Shown: positions 9,443 through 18,471, counted from the stretch's first letter. The stretch is DNA of 64,000 nucleotides from a virus (IMGVR_UViG_3300031993_000049); one strand, 5' to 3'. Notes: generated by a model from the letters alone, not told the origin. Numbers and translations are program-made.

Positions 9443-9842
9443 GGATCTACAAAAGGGCGATAAGATATATACGTTTGACAAAGACGATATCGGTATCGAA
9501 ACAGTAGTTGAGGTTGGAAAAAAGGAAATGTACAACCTTGACAATTCTAAAAAGGGTACATTTTGTATCACCACGAACAAGACAACATATCCGTTATATT
9601 ACCACGAGGAAAATGGGAATATTTACGTTGCTTGTAATTTCAGTACCGAGTTTGGATTGTCTATTATGGCTACGTCCGTTGATACCATAAAGAATTATAT
9701 TCTAAAACGTAGACAAGAAGAAATTGATGGGAAGAAAAAAGCAATGGAAAATTTTGAAAGAGGTATTAAGTTGTTTGAAGAGTTTCTTGATAACTTCTAT
9801 ACCGCCAGAGATAAAAATAAAGCATTGAAAAAAGTAAAATAA
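9429..9842 (+). CDS. hypothetical protein
   Basis: Co-oriented ORF. Confidence 0.7.
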   Translation: MKAFKDLQKGDKIYTFDKDDIGIETVVEVGKKEMYNLDNSKKGTFCITTNKTTYPLYYHEENGNIYVACNFSTEFGLSIMATSVDTIKNYILKRRQEEIDGKKKAMENFERGIKLFEEFLDNFYTARDKNKALKKVK

Positions 9843-10024
9843 AATGTCAGATGAATATTCAAGCGAAGTAGATTTGTCACAAATTGATCATATTATTTAT
9901 GAGACAGTAGATAAAGTTTGTGACGAACTAAGTTATTCGAAAGATTTATACTGGGGTGCTGGTTTTAATTCTTTAATGAACAGAATAAATGAATTACATA
10001 AAATGAGTATTAAAGGAAATTAAT

Positions 10025-10927
10025 ATGAAGTGTGAAGGAAAAATATTGATCATATTACAAGGTCCTCCTTGTTCTGGAAAGTCCACATGGGCAAAGGAAT
10101 ATCAGGAAAAGTATCCTGATACATTGGTTGCCAATCGTGATACTATTCGTTATACGCTTGGCGAAGGTAAGTATACAATGGACAGAGAAGATGAGGTCAC
10201 TGAGATTGAAATGGCCCAGGTAAAGGGTGCAATGGGTGCTGGTAGAACTGTTGTTATTGACGACACTAACCTTAATCCTAAGTATCTTAAGCCTTGGTTA
10301 GACCTTGCTGAAGAAAAAGGCTATGAGGTAAGATATGAGAAATTGTACATACCTTATGGCGAGGCAATGGAACGTTCTAAGAAGCGTAAGGAAGAAGGTG
10401 GTCTTTACATATCAAAAGATGTAATGCAGCGTTTCTATAAGAAATACTTCAAGGAAGAATTCGAGAAGGAAATGACTGATTATCGTGTATTCAATATGAA
10501 TAAGTATGACGATAAATTACCTAATTGTGTTATATGCGATTTAGACGGTACTATTGCTATGCATACGGGCCGAACACCATTCGAGTGGGACAGATTATTC
10601 GAAGACCAAATTGATTGGCGTATGAAGGATATTTTGCGTGCCCTGGCTGCTACTGGTGCTGAGATTATATTCTTGACTGGTAGACAGGAATCTGTAAGAG
10701 AGAAGACAGAGGAATGGCTTACAGCCAATTTCGGTTGGAAACATCAGTTGATTATGCGTCCAGACAGAGAGTTTGGTAAGGGTAATGCTGTTAAGAAGGA
10801 ACTATACGAAAAGTACGTTAAGGGTAAGTATAATGTAATCTGTGTGTTTGATGACGCAAATTATTGCGTTGATATGTGGCGCAATGAGGGATTGTTAACA
10901 TTACAGGTTCAAGATTCAGATTATTAA
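10025..10927 (+). CDS. pnk: bifunctional polynucleotide 5'-kinase / 3'-phosphatase (T4 Pnk-like)
   Basis: N-terminal Walker A: ILQGPPCSGKSTWAKEY. C-terminal HAD motif I: VICDLDGTIAMHTG. Late VFDDANY acidic motif. Confidence 0.85.
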   Translation: MKCEGKILIILQGPPCSGKSTWAKEYQEKYPDTLVANRDTIRYTLGEGKYTMDREDEVTEIEMAQVKGAMGAGRTVVIDDTNLNPKYLKPWLDLAEEKGYEVRYEKLYIPYGEAMERSKKRKEEGGLYISKDVMQRFYKKYFKEEFEKEMTDYRVFNMNKYDDKLPNCVICDLDGTIAMHTGRTPFEWDRLFEDQIDWRMKDILRALAATGAEIIFLTGRQESVREKTEEWLTANFGWKHQLIMRPDREFGKGNAVKKELYEKYVKGKYNVICVFDDANYCVDMWRNEGLLTLQVQDSDY

Positions 10928-10929
10928 TT

Positions 10930-11118
10930 ATGGGTAAGATTATTACATTGTCATTGTTCATCATTGTAACGGTTATTTTTGTGGTTGATATTGCTTCAAT
11001 TGTTTATAATTTATATCTCTCCGCAAAATATAAACATAATTACGAAAAACAGTTGTGGCCAGAATTGATATTACTGATTTTCTGGTCCATATTATTATCA
11101 ATTTTAATTGTGTATTAA
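10930..11118 (+). CDS. small membrane protein
   Basis: Hydrophobic ORF. Confidence 0.5.
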   Translation: MGKIITLSLFIIVTVIFVVDIASIVYNLYLSAKYKHNYEKQLWPELILLIFWSILLSILIVY

Positions 11119-11586
11119 ATGGAAAAAGAAGAATTACTGAAAACAGTGAACGGCAAAAACGTCACGTGTGCCGTTGTTATGATTGATAAGGAAGGTTCAA
11201 TCCTGGGATGTCACCCGACCAGCAGATCTGAGGTCTATGACTTCCCTAAGGGTTGTGCTGGATTTGCTGAGAAGGATGAGGATGCCGCAGTACGGGAACT
11301 ACAGGAAGAAACCAGTATTCTATTAACGCCTAATGAGTTGGCTCGACTTGTTGATGGTGGTATACACCCACATACTAAAGAGAAACTTATTCACATTTTT
11401 ATATTGAGGGTGGATGAATTACCAGATCCAGAATCATTGGTGTGTGAGTCATTCTATGAATACAAAGGGAAGACATATCCTGAGGTAGATAGATATGCAA
11501 TTATTACTAGGGATAAGAGAAATCTGTTCTTTGGGTGCCTGCAGGACAAATTTGAAATAATTGACAGTATAGCAAGTCTGATGTAA
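11119..11586 (+). CDS. NUDIX hydrolase
   Basis: Nudix box GCAGFAEKDEDAAVRELQEETSI (Gx5Ex5-7REUxEExxU). Confidence 0.75.
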   Translation: MEKEELLKTVNGKNVTCAVVMIDKEGSILGCHPTSRSEVYDFPKGCAGFAEKDEDAAVRELQEETSILLTPNELARLVDGGIHPHTKEKLIHIFILRVDELPDPESLVCESFYEYKGKTYPEVDRYAIITRDKRNLFFGCLQDKFEIIDSIASLM

Positions 11587-11590
11587 TATT

Positions 11591-11818
11591 ATGAATAAGT
11601 ATTTATTGTGTTTCATTATAATATATGCAATAGGCTGGATTGCGTTTACGATTGGATTTCTAGTAATATGTAATGATGCTAGACCAAAAAATCGTACTTT
11701 ATGGAATTATGTACCACGTTCAATGTTGTTCTCGCTTATATGGCCATACATTCTTTATGAATATATTGCTCTTTGGGTAATACCTGAAATTAAAGAAAAA
11801 AGAAAGAAAAAAGTATGA
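11591..11818 (+). CDS. small membrane protein
   Basis: Hydrophobic ORF. Confidence 0.55.
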   Translation: MNKYLLCFIIIYAIGWIAFTIGFLVICNDARPKNRTLWNYVPRSMLFSLIWPYILYEYIALWVIPEIKEKRKKKV

Positions 11819-12021
11819 AAAATGATCCAAAATATAACAAATGGCCATTTTGGAGTTATTGTGAAGACTGTATATATTTAAGAGAAGATTCATTATCTTG
11901 TGAAGAATATGGTTATTATAATTCTTGTGGTAATAGTGAATCTGAAAATTATTATGGCAGAGAAGATGATTTAAGTATACTCTATCCAGGAGAAAAATGT
12001 CCAGATAAAGAAATTGAATAA
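11815..12021 (+). CDS. Cys-rich small protein
   Basis: Co-oriented ORF. Confidence 0.5.
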   Translation: MKNDPKYNKWPFWSYCEDCIYLREDSLSCEEYGYYNSCGNSESENYYGREDDLSILYPGEKCPDKEIE

Positions 12022-12024
12022 AGT

Positions 12025-12426
12025 ATGAGAAAGAAAAAAGAAGAAGTAACAGAAGAGTTGGTACAGGAAGTTAAGTATCCAACAGTAGAAGAATTGGTAA
12101 TTGAGTGTATTAAACACGACATACCAGTAAACGGTGTTGACTATAATGGTAGAAACCTGGAGTATGAGATTGGCGGTTTCTCAAAGAGTGGTACTGGAAA
12201 ACTTACCACTGATGAGGACGGTAATACAATCTTAGTTACCAGATATAATACAGTAAACGAAGTAAGATCCTTTGAGGATATTGCTGACGTTGCATATGAT
12301 TGGTATTATAACTACCGAGACAGAGAACCATTTACACAGCCAGATTATAACTGGGCACCAATATTTGTTGAAATGGGTCTAATTGAGGAACGAATTGTTA
12401 AGACCTACGTCCCTGTAGTTCAATGA
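12025..12426 (+). CDS. hypothetical protein
   Basis: Co-oriented ORF. Confidence 0.7.
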   Translation: MRKKKEEVTEELVQEVKYPTVEELVIECIKHDIPVNGVDYNGRNLEYEIGGFSKSGTGKLTTDEDGNTILVTRYNTVNEVRSFEDIADVAYDWYYNYRDREPFTQPDYNWAPIFVEMGLIEERIVKTYVPVVQ

Positions 12427-12480
12427 ATAGAACGTGGGTTTCCTAAACCTAAGATCTGCGTTTGATTCGCAGCAGGGGTA
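12409..12480 (+). tRNA. candidate degenerate tRNA-Arg(CCU)-like cloverleaf
   Basis: Hand-folded 72-nt cloverleaf. Acceptor GTCCCTG/CAGGGGT (two terminal G.U). D-arm GTTC-AATGAATA-GAAC. Anticodon arm TGGGT-TTCCTAA-ACCTA with U33 and CCT at 34-36. T-arm CTGCG-TTTGATT-CGCAG. Lacks G18G19 and C56. Overlaps the last 18 nt of the upstream CDS. Confidence 0.3.
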
Positions 12481-12487
12481 CTTAAAA

Positions 12488-12513
12488 AGAGAGGATTAAT
12501 TCCTCTTTTTTTT
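12488..12513 (+). terminator. intrinsic terminator (AGAGGA-TTAAT-TCCTCT plus T8)
   Basis: Perfect 6-8 bp stem followed by a T-run. Immediately followed by TGTATAATTAC. Confidence 0.65.
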
Positions 12514-12545
12514 GTATAATTACTACACTTTCTTTCTGTTCGGAT

Positions 12546-12566
12546 CAGTTTGGCACGGTATTTGTA
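12546..12566 (+). promoter_or_regulatory. conserved 21-mer CAGTTTGGCACGGTATTTGTA (sigma-54-like TGGCACG-N4-TTGTA)
   Basis: One of five intergenic copies. Spacing matches -24 GG / -12 (GC to GT). Confidence 0.45.
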
Positions 12567-12679
12567 AGATAAAAATTGAGGCGCATAGTGAACAACTCAC
12601 TCTCGCAGTTTTGAAATTAAAAAAAAATGTGTTACCTTTGCGGTACGAAATTGAAAAAACAGATTAAAATTTTAGTAAT

Positions 12680-12931
12680 ATGAAAAAAGTAAAAACAGAG
12701 TATGTTGCAATTGTTAATGGCGATAAATACGTTATTTTTTCGCCAGATATTTCTAGAATTAATCCACATACCGTTTTGGGTTGCGTATTGTATGAGGGTA
12801 GTGCTCATAGTTCTTTGTATTACAACGAGGGTAACTATTCAAAAGAAGAACTAGAAAGTGCTGGTTATGGTATTGTCGATGAAATAGTTAAAGTTGACAC
12901 ATATACAGAAGAAACAACAATTTATAAATAA
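12680..12931 (+). CDS. hypothetical protein
   Basis: First ORF downstream of the conserved leader. Confidence 0.65.
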   Translation: MKKVKTEYVAIVNGDKYVIFSPDISRINPHTVLGCVLYEGSAHSSLYYNEGNYSKEELESAGYGIVDEIVKVDTYTEETTIYK

Positions 12932-12959
12932 TCTTTAATATAGAATTAAATTTATTGTT

Positions 12960-13775
12960 ATGGAAGAGAAATTTTTAACTAGAGAAATTGTACAACAAAA
13001 CGGCTGGGACGAACTAGAGGTTATAACAGCCGACATGCTTGATGGGTATACGGAAATTGGATATGCTGCTTTCGGTAATTGTTACAATATTACTTCAATT
13101 ACTATTCCAAATAGCGTAACATATATTGGCAATTCGGCTTTCGCTGGTTGCGACAGTCTTACATCTGTTATTGTTCCAAACAGCGTCATAACCATTGGTG
13201 CGAGTGCTTTTAGGGGTTGTTCAAATCTTAAATCAATTAATATTCCAGATAGTACAAAAGAAATTGGAGAATATGCTTTCCATAGATGCAAAAGTCTTAC
13301 TTCAATTACCATTCCAGATAGTGTAACACGTATGGAAAGCGGCGCTTTCGATGGTTGCTCCAGCCTTACATCTGTCACTATTCCCAACAGTGTAACATAC
13401 ATGGGATATTGGGTTTTCAACCATTGTTCATTCAAAACCCCAAAAAGATATGATGAACAAGGTCGTTTAATTGCCTATAAGGGATTTAATGCCGACATGT
13501 CATGTCGTGGTTTTCAATATGAGGAGGGTGAAACTTATGAAATGGATGGTGAGATTAAATTATGCGAACGAGGCTTTCATGCGTGCACAAACCCACTAGA
13601 TTGTTTGAATTTCTATGGTGGTGAAATATGCAAAGACGTTGTATACCACGAGGTTTACCTTGAAGATGTATCTGATGAGAGTGGTGATGATTCAAAGGTA
13701 GTTGCAAGGAAAATCACCATTGGGCACGAAATAACGCTATCCGAAATGGCAGATATTGCAAGTGGTAAAAAATAA
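12960..13775 (+). CDS. BspA-type leucine-rich-repeat protein with C-terminal Cys-containing domain
   Basis: Five-plus tandem ~22-aa repeats: ITSITIPNSVTYIGNSAFAGCDSLTSV / IVPNSVITIGASAFRGCSNLKSI etc. Confidence 0.8.
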   Translation: MEEKFLTREIVQQNGWDELEVITADMLDGYTEIGYAAFGNCYNITSITIPNSVTYIGNSAFAGCDSLTSVIVPNSVITIGASAFRGCSNLKSINIPDSTKEIGEYAFHRCKSLTSITIPDSVTRMESGAFDGCSSLTSVTIPNSVTYMGYWVFNHCSFKTPKRYDEQGRLIAYKGFNADMSCRGFQYEEGETYEMDGEIKLCERGFHACTNPLDCLNFYGGEICKDVVYHEVYLEDVSDESGDDSKVVARKITIGHEITLSEMADIASGKK

Positions 13776-13802
13776 AATTGTGTAATTACGATGTGCCCTT
13801 AT

Positions 13803-13823
13803 CAGTTTGGCACGGTATTTGTA
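13803..13823 (+). promoter_or_regulatory. conserved 21-mer CAGTTTGGCACGGTATTTGTA (copy 2)
   Basis: Exact copy. Followed by GTAC-loop-GTAC hairpin. Confidence 0.45.
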
Positions 13824-13897
13824 CTGAAAAAAGTACGACCGTATTTATTAGGTCTGTAAAGTAAAAGTAGAATATTAACTAAAACAAATAAAATAAA

Positions 13898-14317
13898 ATG
13901 AAAAGAATTAAGTATTGGAAAGTCGTTAAAGACGGAGTTGACATTGAAACCGCTAACAATATGCTTAAAGCACAGGCGGTTGAAGGACATTTGTATGACA
14001 GATTGGCCGTGCGCCTGAAAGGTGATGGTAACATCTACGAATACGGTACTGACCTTATGAGTCGCAACTTTACCGCTAAGGTTGTACTTCACGGAACCTG
14101 GGAGATACTGATCCCTGATGACGGAGAAGAGGAACGTCTGGATAAACTGCGTAAGATTGTTAAGGATGAAAATTTCCTTACGGTAAATCACGAGGCTATT
14201 GACAATATGAATATCGATGCTATCTGGAAAAAGGTCGTCGATCGTATTGACAGTAATAAAGCCAAGTACGTGGTTATCAAGGCTATTGTCGAAAACAAAT
14301 TGTATAAAGACAAGTAA
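13898..14317 (+). CDS. hypothetical protein
   Basis: + strand ORF. The 200-aa antisense ORF 13802-14404 is rejected. Confidence 0.7.
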   Translation: MKRIKYWKVVKDGVDIETANNMLKAQAVEGHLYDRLAVRLKGDGNIYEYGTDLMSRNFTAKVVLHGTWEILIPDDGEEERLDKLRKIVKDENFLTVNHEAIDNMNIDAIWKKVVDRIDSNKAKYVVIKAIVENKLYKDK

Positions 14318-14318
14318 T

Positions 14319-14558
14319 ATGTGGTTAAAAATTGATGATAACAAATTGATCAATCTTGATTTAGTCAAAGCGATTGATAAGGGATTTAACGATATGATTA
14401 TCATTCGTTATGAATTAGATCAAGATGTTATTAATTTCAGAAACGAATGGACTAGAGACGCTGCTTTCGATGACATTCAGAAGTATATTAAAAGTGGTCC
14501 GTTGATGACGGACATTAAAACAGGTAATGATGAAAAAGAAGATTTATCTAGCATCTAG
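14319..14558 (+). CDS. hypothetical protein
   Basis: Track ORF 14217 trimmed to the in-frame ATG just after the upstream stop. Confidence 0.55.
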   Translation: MWLKIDDNKLINLDLVKAIDKGFNDMIIIRYELDQDVINFRNEWTRDAAFDDIQKYIKSGPLMTDIKTGNDEKEDLSSI

Positions 14559-14961
14559 TATGAACAGCGATCGTAGGGATGAATACTACTTCGCTAAAAA
14601 GGCTCTTGAAGCCGCTGGCTTTGAAGTTTACTATCCAGTGGAACATTGCATTGACCACGCCTGGGATTATCCCAATCAAGAGTGGGGTCTGATGGTGTTC
14701 CAAAACGATATGTCCGCAATACTTGCTTGTGACTATATGGTTCTTCTTTCTTATGGAAGAAACTCCACTGCGGGTGCCAATTGGGAGGCTGGTTATGCTT
14801 TCGGTATTGGTAAAAAAGTGATCGTTGTTGAAATGACCGATGAGGTTATGTCTCTTATGGTCGCTAACGGTAGATATGCTACAGTTAAGGGCTTGGAAGG
14901 TCTTAAAAAGTATGATTGGGAGAATATGCCCATGAGTAGAACAAATACAGAACAAAAGTAA
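14527..14961 (+). CDS. nucleoside 2-deoxyribosyltransferase-like protein
   Basis: KKIYLASSM ... TAGANWEAGYAFGIGKKVIVV: Rossmann-like NDT/Rcl family signature. Confidence 0.65.
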   Translation: MMKKKIYLASSMNSDRRDEYYFAKKALEAAGFEVYYPVEHCIDHAWDYPNQEWGLMVFQNDMSAILACDYMVLLSYGRNSTAGANWEAGYAFGIGKKVIVVEMTDEVMSLMVANGRYATVKGLEGLKKYDWENMPMSRTNTEQK

Positions 14962-14974
14962 AATTTATGGAATT

Positions 14975-15400
14975 ATGAAACTAGAAAAAGATTATTTAGA
15001 CTATCTCGTGATCGAACTGGAAGAAACGATTGGTACTAGTCCTCATAGTCGAGAGGCCATTAAGGATATCCTGCAGAAGGCTGCTGATTTTGGTAAAGAC
15101 AAAAAAGAGCCTGTAAACGAGGACTTGGAGAAAGAAGTGAAAGAATGTTGGGATTATGTTTTTGCTCTTGGTTGGGATGAGAACTCTTTAATGACAATGA
15201 ATCACAAAGAGTTTGTAGCGTTTGCTCGTCACTTTGCTGAGTGGCAAAAAGAACAGATGATGAAAAATAGTACAGATGCATATATTCACAGAAACAGGTA
15301 CACCAAGACAAATGTGCTGCACCTTGACGTGACTTGTGATGCTGTCCAAGTTTTCAAAGACAATGATAAACTGAAAGTTATTTTCGTTAAAGAAGATTAA
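14975..15400 (+). CDS. hypothetical protein
   Basis: Co-oriented ORF. Confidence 0.7.
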   Translation: MKLEKDYLDYLVIELEETIGTSPHSREAIKDILQKAADFGKDKKEPVNEDLEKEVKECWDYVFALGWDENSLMTMNHKEFVAFARHFAEWQKEQMMKNSTDAYIHRNRYTKTNVLHLDVTCDAVQVFKDNDKLKVIFVKED

Positions 15401-15507
15401 TTATGGATCCCGTAATTGAAGTATTATCTTGTATCGTTATCTCGTGCGTTATTGTACTGATAATGGTTATATGGGATTATTTTACTCACGATAAAAGACA
15501 AAGATAA

Positions 15508-15690
15508 ATGGAAAAATTAGCAACAATAAACGAGGCTCTTGCTTTTGGAAAAAAGGAAATGCTTGAAAAAGCAATTAAGTGGTTATCGGAAAACGCTGGT
15601 TATTATACCTGGTATAACGAATTTGAAGGTGAATCGGGTATGATGGAAGAGTTCATTCCTGAGTTCCGTAAAGCAATGGAGAAAGAATGA
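15508..15690 (+). CDS. hypothetical protein
   Basis: Co-oriented ORF. Confidence 0.55.
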   Translation: MEKLATINEALAFGKKEMLEKAIKWLSENAGYYTWYNEFEGESGMMEEFIPEFRKAMEKE

Positions 15691-16166
15691 TAGTAGAGTA
15701 CGGCACATATATGAGTGAGCGGGAGAAAAAGAAATATTTGAAAAGGATTAAACGTCCTGTTCATTTATATCATATTTCTCTTAAAAATCACGATGGTGAG
15801 GTTTTCAAACCACGAGTTCCTGAGGATTTCGGAAACAACGAAGACTATACCATACCGCGAGTGTGCTTTTCTTCCACGATTTCTGGCGCGTACAGGGCGA
15901 TCACATTCGAAGATATACATGGGGAAGATTGCTATGTTCACGTGCCTGAGAACGCCGTTTCTTTGTTTAAGAACGGCAATGTATATAAACCAGGCGAGGA
16001 ACTTGTATGGGATACTTATTTCACCGACGAATATTGGGTGAAAAGACCAGTCAAAATGAAATGCATTGGTAAGGCTAGGTTCTATTATAAAGAATCACTT
16101 GGTTTATTTTGTTCTGGACCCTGGAGACCACCAGTGAAATTCAAATGGTTAGAAAAATATAATTAA
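15687..16166 (+). CDS. hypothetical protein
   Basis: Co-oriented ORF. Confidence 0.7.
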   Translation: MIVEYGTYMSEREKKKYLKRIKRPVHLYHISLKNHDGEVFKPRVPEDFGNNEDYTIPRVCFSSTISGAYRAITFEDIHGEDCYVHVPENAVSLFKNGNVYKPGEELVWDTYFTDEYWVKRPVKMKCIGKARFYYKESLGLFCSGPWRPPVKFKWLEKYN

Positions 16167-16315
16167 ATGGAAAAGAAACACGAGAAATTAAAGAAAAGAT
16201 GTTTTAATTGCAAATTTAGTGAAATGGGCTGTGAGGATCGGTTCAGAGTTAGAAATACATTTGGCTACACTGTTTGCAGTAAATGGAGAAATAATCAAAG
16301 TTTAATTGAAAAGAA

Positions 16316-16816
16316 ATGAGCGCAACAAATTCATTACATTACAATTTATGTCTGGAAGGTGCCAAGTGGCTTAAGAGAAAAAATAACCATGAGTATTATG
16401 AAACACCGTGGAAGTATATCGCGGTGGAGATCGTCGTATATGGTTGTGAGAACCCAGACATATGGGCTTTCAACGGCTGGAGTACTATAGTTGTTGAGGT
16501 TAAGACTTCTCATGCTGACTTTCTAAATGACAAGAAGAAGTGGTTTAGACAAGTTGGTAATGAATGTGGAGATCCAGGTAACTATAGGTACTATTTAACA
16601 CCTAAGGGCCTGTTAAAGCCAGAGGAACTACCAGAAGGCTTTGGATTGCTTGAGTGGGACGGTAAGAATATTGAACGTGTCATAAAGGCAACCAAGCGAA
16701 CAGTTACCAATCACGCTGACGGTATTATTATGGCAAGCATACTTAGACGCGAGCATTTCCCAGAAAAAATATATAATTATCGTGGGGAACCAACAACTAT
16801 ACATCCCCAAGAGTAA
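16316..16816 (+). CDS. hypothetical protein, possible PD-(D/E)xK nuclease
   Basis: ENPDIWAF ... TIVVEVKTSHADF resembles a D...(D/E)xK core. Weak. Confidence 0.6.
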   Translation: MSATNSLHYNLCLEGAKWLKRKNNHEYYETPWKYIAVEIVVYGCENPDIWAFNGWSTIVVEVKTSHADFLNDKKKWFRQVGNECGDPGNYRYYLTPKGLLKPEELPEGFGLLEWDGKNIERVIKATKRTVTNHADGIIMASILRREHFPEKIYNYRGEPTTIHPQE

Positions 16817-16829
16817 ATTATTTTAGCGT

Positions 16830-17012
16830 ATGAGATATGTAGAATATGAGGAAATGGAAAAGTTTCTGTTAGAAAAAGTAGATGACATTGATAAAAGAAT
16901 GGAAGAATGTACAGAAGATGACCTAACTTACAGATCACATTTATATGGTGTGAAAATAGGTTATCTGAATGCACTTGGTTATTTAATTGCAAGACAAAAA
17001 ATAAGAATTTAA
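16830..17012 (+). CDS. hypothetical protein
   Basis: Co-oriented ORF. Confidence 0.55.
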   Translation: MRYVEYEEMEKFLLEKVDDIDKRMEECTEDDLTYRSHLYGVKIGYLNALGYLIARQKIRI

Positions 17013-17016
17013 AGTT

Positions 17017-17286
17017 ATGTTTGAAAGACTTGGTAAAAAGGTTGCGTACATCGTTGAGAACTATATGGAGTTCATCTTTGCCCTTGCTGCACTAGCAATA
17101 ATCTTTGCTGTGATTGGGCACTATGGTACGTGTGGTTTTAACTGGAAATGGTTCCTGTTCTTTGAACTTCCGTTGTATCTGTTCTTAGCCTGGGCTATAT
17201 ATGCTTCATGTCAGTTGTATGTAGAAGCCAAAAAGATACAGGAAGCAATGACAAAGAAAGAGAAAAAAGAGGAAGAAAATAAATAA
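17017..17286 (+). CDS. small membrane protein
   Basis: Two hydrophobic segments. Confidence 0.6.
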   Translation: MFERLGKKVAYIVENYMEFIFALAALAIIFAVIGHYGTCGFNWKWFLFFELPLYLFLAWAIYASCQLYVEAKKIQEAMTKKEKKEEENK

Positions 17287-17292
17287 AAAGAT

Positions 17293-17661
17293 ATGGAAAA
17301 AGAAATAATCAAAACGATCAAATTAAAACCAATTAAATGTATCCGTCAATCAAAAAACAATCCATATATGCGTGGATTGGTAATGAAAAGAGGATTAACA
17401 ACAAGGGAAGCCTGTCATATTTACAGAGAAATATTCTTGTTTAATCTTGATCTATCGCTAGATGATTTCGAAGATAGAGAAGAAAAGAACTATTTCTATA
17501 ATGATATTACTGAGAAGATGAATGATTATATCAAAGGAGACGTTGCATGGAATGATTTGTGTGACGCAACTTACTGTTATGATGAAGACGATGATAGCGG
17601 TCCTTCTATCGCTTCTCATTTAAAATTAGTAGAGTATCTACAAAAAAGAGAGGTTATTTAA
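17293..17661 (+). CDS. hypothetical protein
   Basis: Co-oriented ORF. Confidence 0.65.
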   Translation: MEKEIIKTIKLKPIKCIRQSKNNPYMRGLVMKRGLTTREACHIYREIFLFNLDLSLDDFEDREEKNYFYNDITEKMNDYIKGDVAWNDLCDATYCYDEDDDSGPSIASHLKLVEYLQKREVI

Positions 17662-17826
17662 GTATGATAATGTTTAAGGATTACCCGAAGGATTCGAGAT
17701 ATTCGAGTAGCAAGCGGTGGTTAAAAGTAAAAAAGAGAATTAAGAAAATTTTCCATACGAAATTACGTAGGGGAGAATGTGATAAACCATATTCACAAGG
17801 AGAAGTAATATTATAATTGATCAAAA

Positions 17827-18045
17827 ATGAGTAAGAAAAGATTAACGTACGAAGAAGCATCCCAAATTGAATGGGACAATGTTGAACCAATTCCGTGTGG
17901 TAATAGAGTAATCGTCGGTCAAAGTAAAGACGGTAAGTATTACTACGAGGATGACACCAGAACTGCTGATCATCGAATCCTGGACGCGGAGACAGGAGAG
18001 GAACTGTATAGTTATTATGAAGATTTTTATAACGGAAGAAGATGA
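17827..18045 (+). CDS. hypothetical protein
   Basis: Co-oriented ORF. Confidence 0.6.
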   Translation: MSKKRLTYEEASQIEWDNVEPIPCGNRVIVGQSKDGKYYYEDDTRTADHRILDAETGEELYSYYEDFYNGRR

Positions 18046-18278
18046 GTAGAAAAGACGAAATAATTGCTAAAGCGAAGGATAAACTTTCGTATTCTTCTAT
18101 CCAGCAGAGTGGTTTTATCCAAGGTGCTGAATGGGCTGATCAATCAATGCTTGAAAAAGTAATCAAGTGGGCCAAAAAGAATGCAAGAAAATATGCTTGG
18201 CACGATGATGCCAATGATACTTGCGGTTTTTCAGTTAACATATTTATTAAAGATTTAAAAAAAGCAATGGAGGAATAA
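18042..18278 (+). CDS. hypothetical protein
   Basis: 4-nt overlap. Confidence 0.6.
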   Translation: MSRKDEIIAKAKDKLSYSSIQQSGFIQGAEWADQSMLEKVIKWAKKNARKYAWHDDANDTCGFSVNIFIKDLKKAMEE

Positions 18279-18281
18279 ACT

Positions 18282-18467
18282 ATGGAAGAAATGACTCACG
18301 ATCTTAAAATGTTACTAACATTTTTGTTGGTTATGATTGCAACTAGTCTTATTGGACTTATTGGTGCAATGTCTGATAAAAAAATGGTATACGGTGGTGC
18401 TGGTATAGCATTATTCGTTGAAATGTTTATTCTTATCGGCTATCTAATTTATAGCCTTTGGACTTAG
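18282..18467 (+). CDS. small membrane protein
   Basis: Hydrophobic ORF. Confidence 0.6.
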   Translation: MEEMTHDLKMLLTFLLVMIATSLIGLIGAMSDKKMVYGGAGIALFVEMFILIGYLIYSLWT

Positions 18468-18471
18468 AATT

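Noticed and set aside
12437-12472. Hairpins GGTTT-CCT-AAACC and CTGCG-TTTGATT-CGCAG read as separate terminators
   Set aside because: They are better explained as the anticodon and T arms of the candidate cloverleaf. Neither is followed by a T-run. The real terminator is the hairpin at 12488-12513.
13802-14404. 200-aa minus-strand ORF
   Set aside because: It is antisense to a well-formed + strand gene (13898-14317). The product is low-complexity (I/L/F/N-rich), typical of reverse frames in AT-rich DNA. It has no upstream signals.
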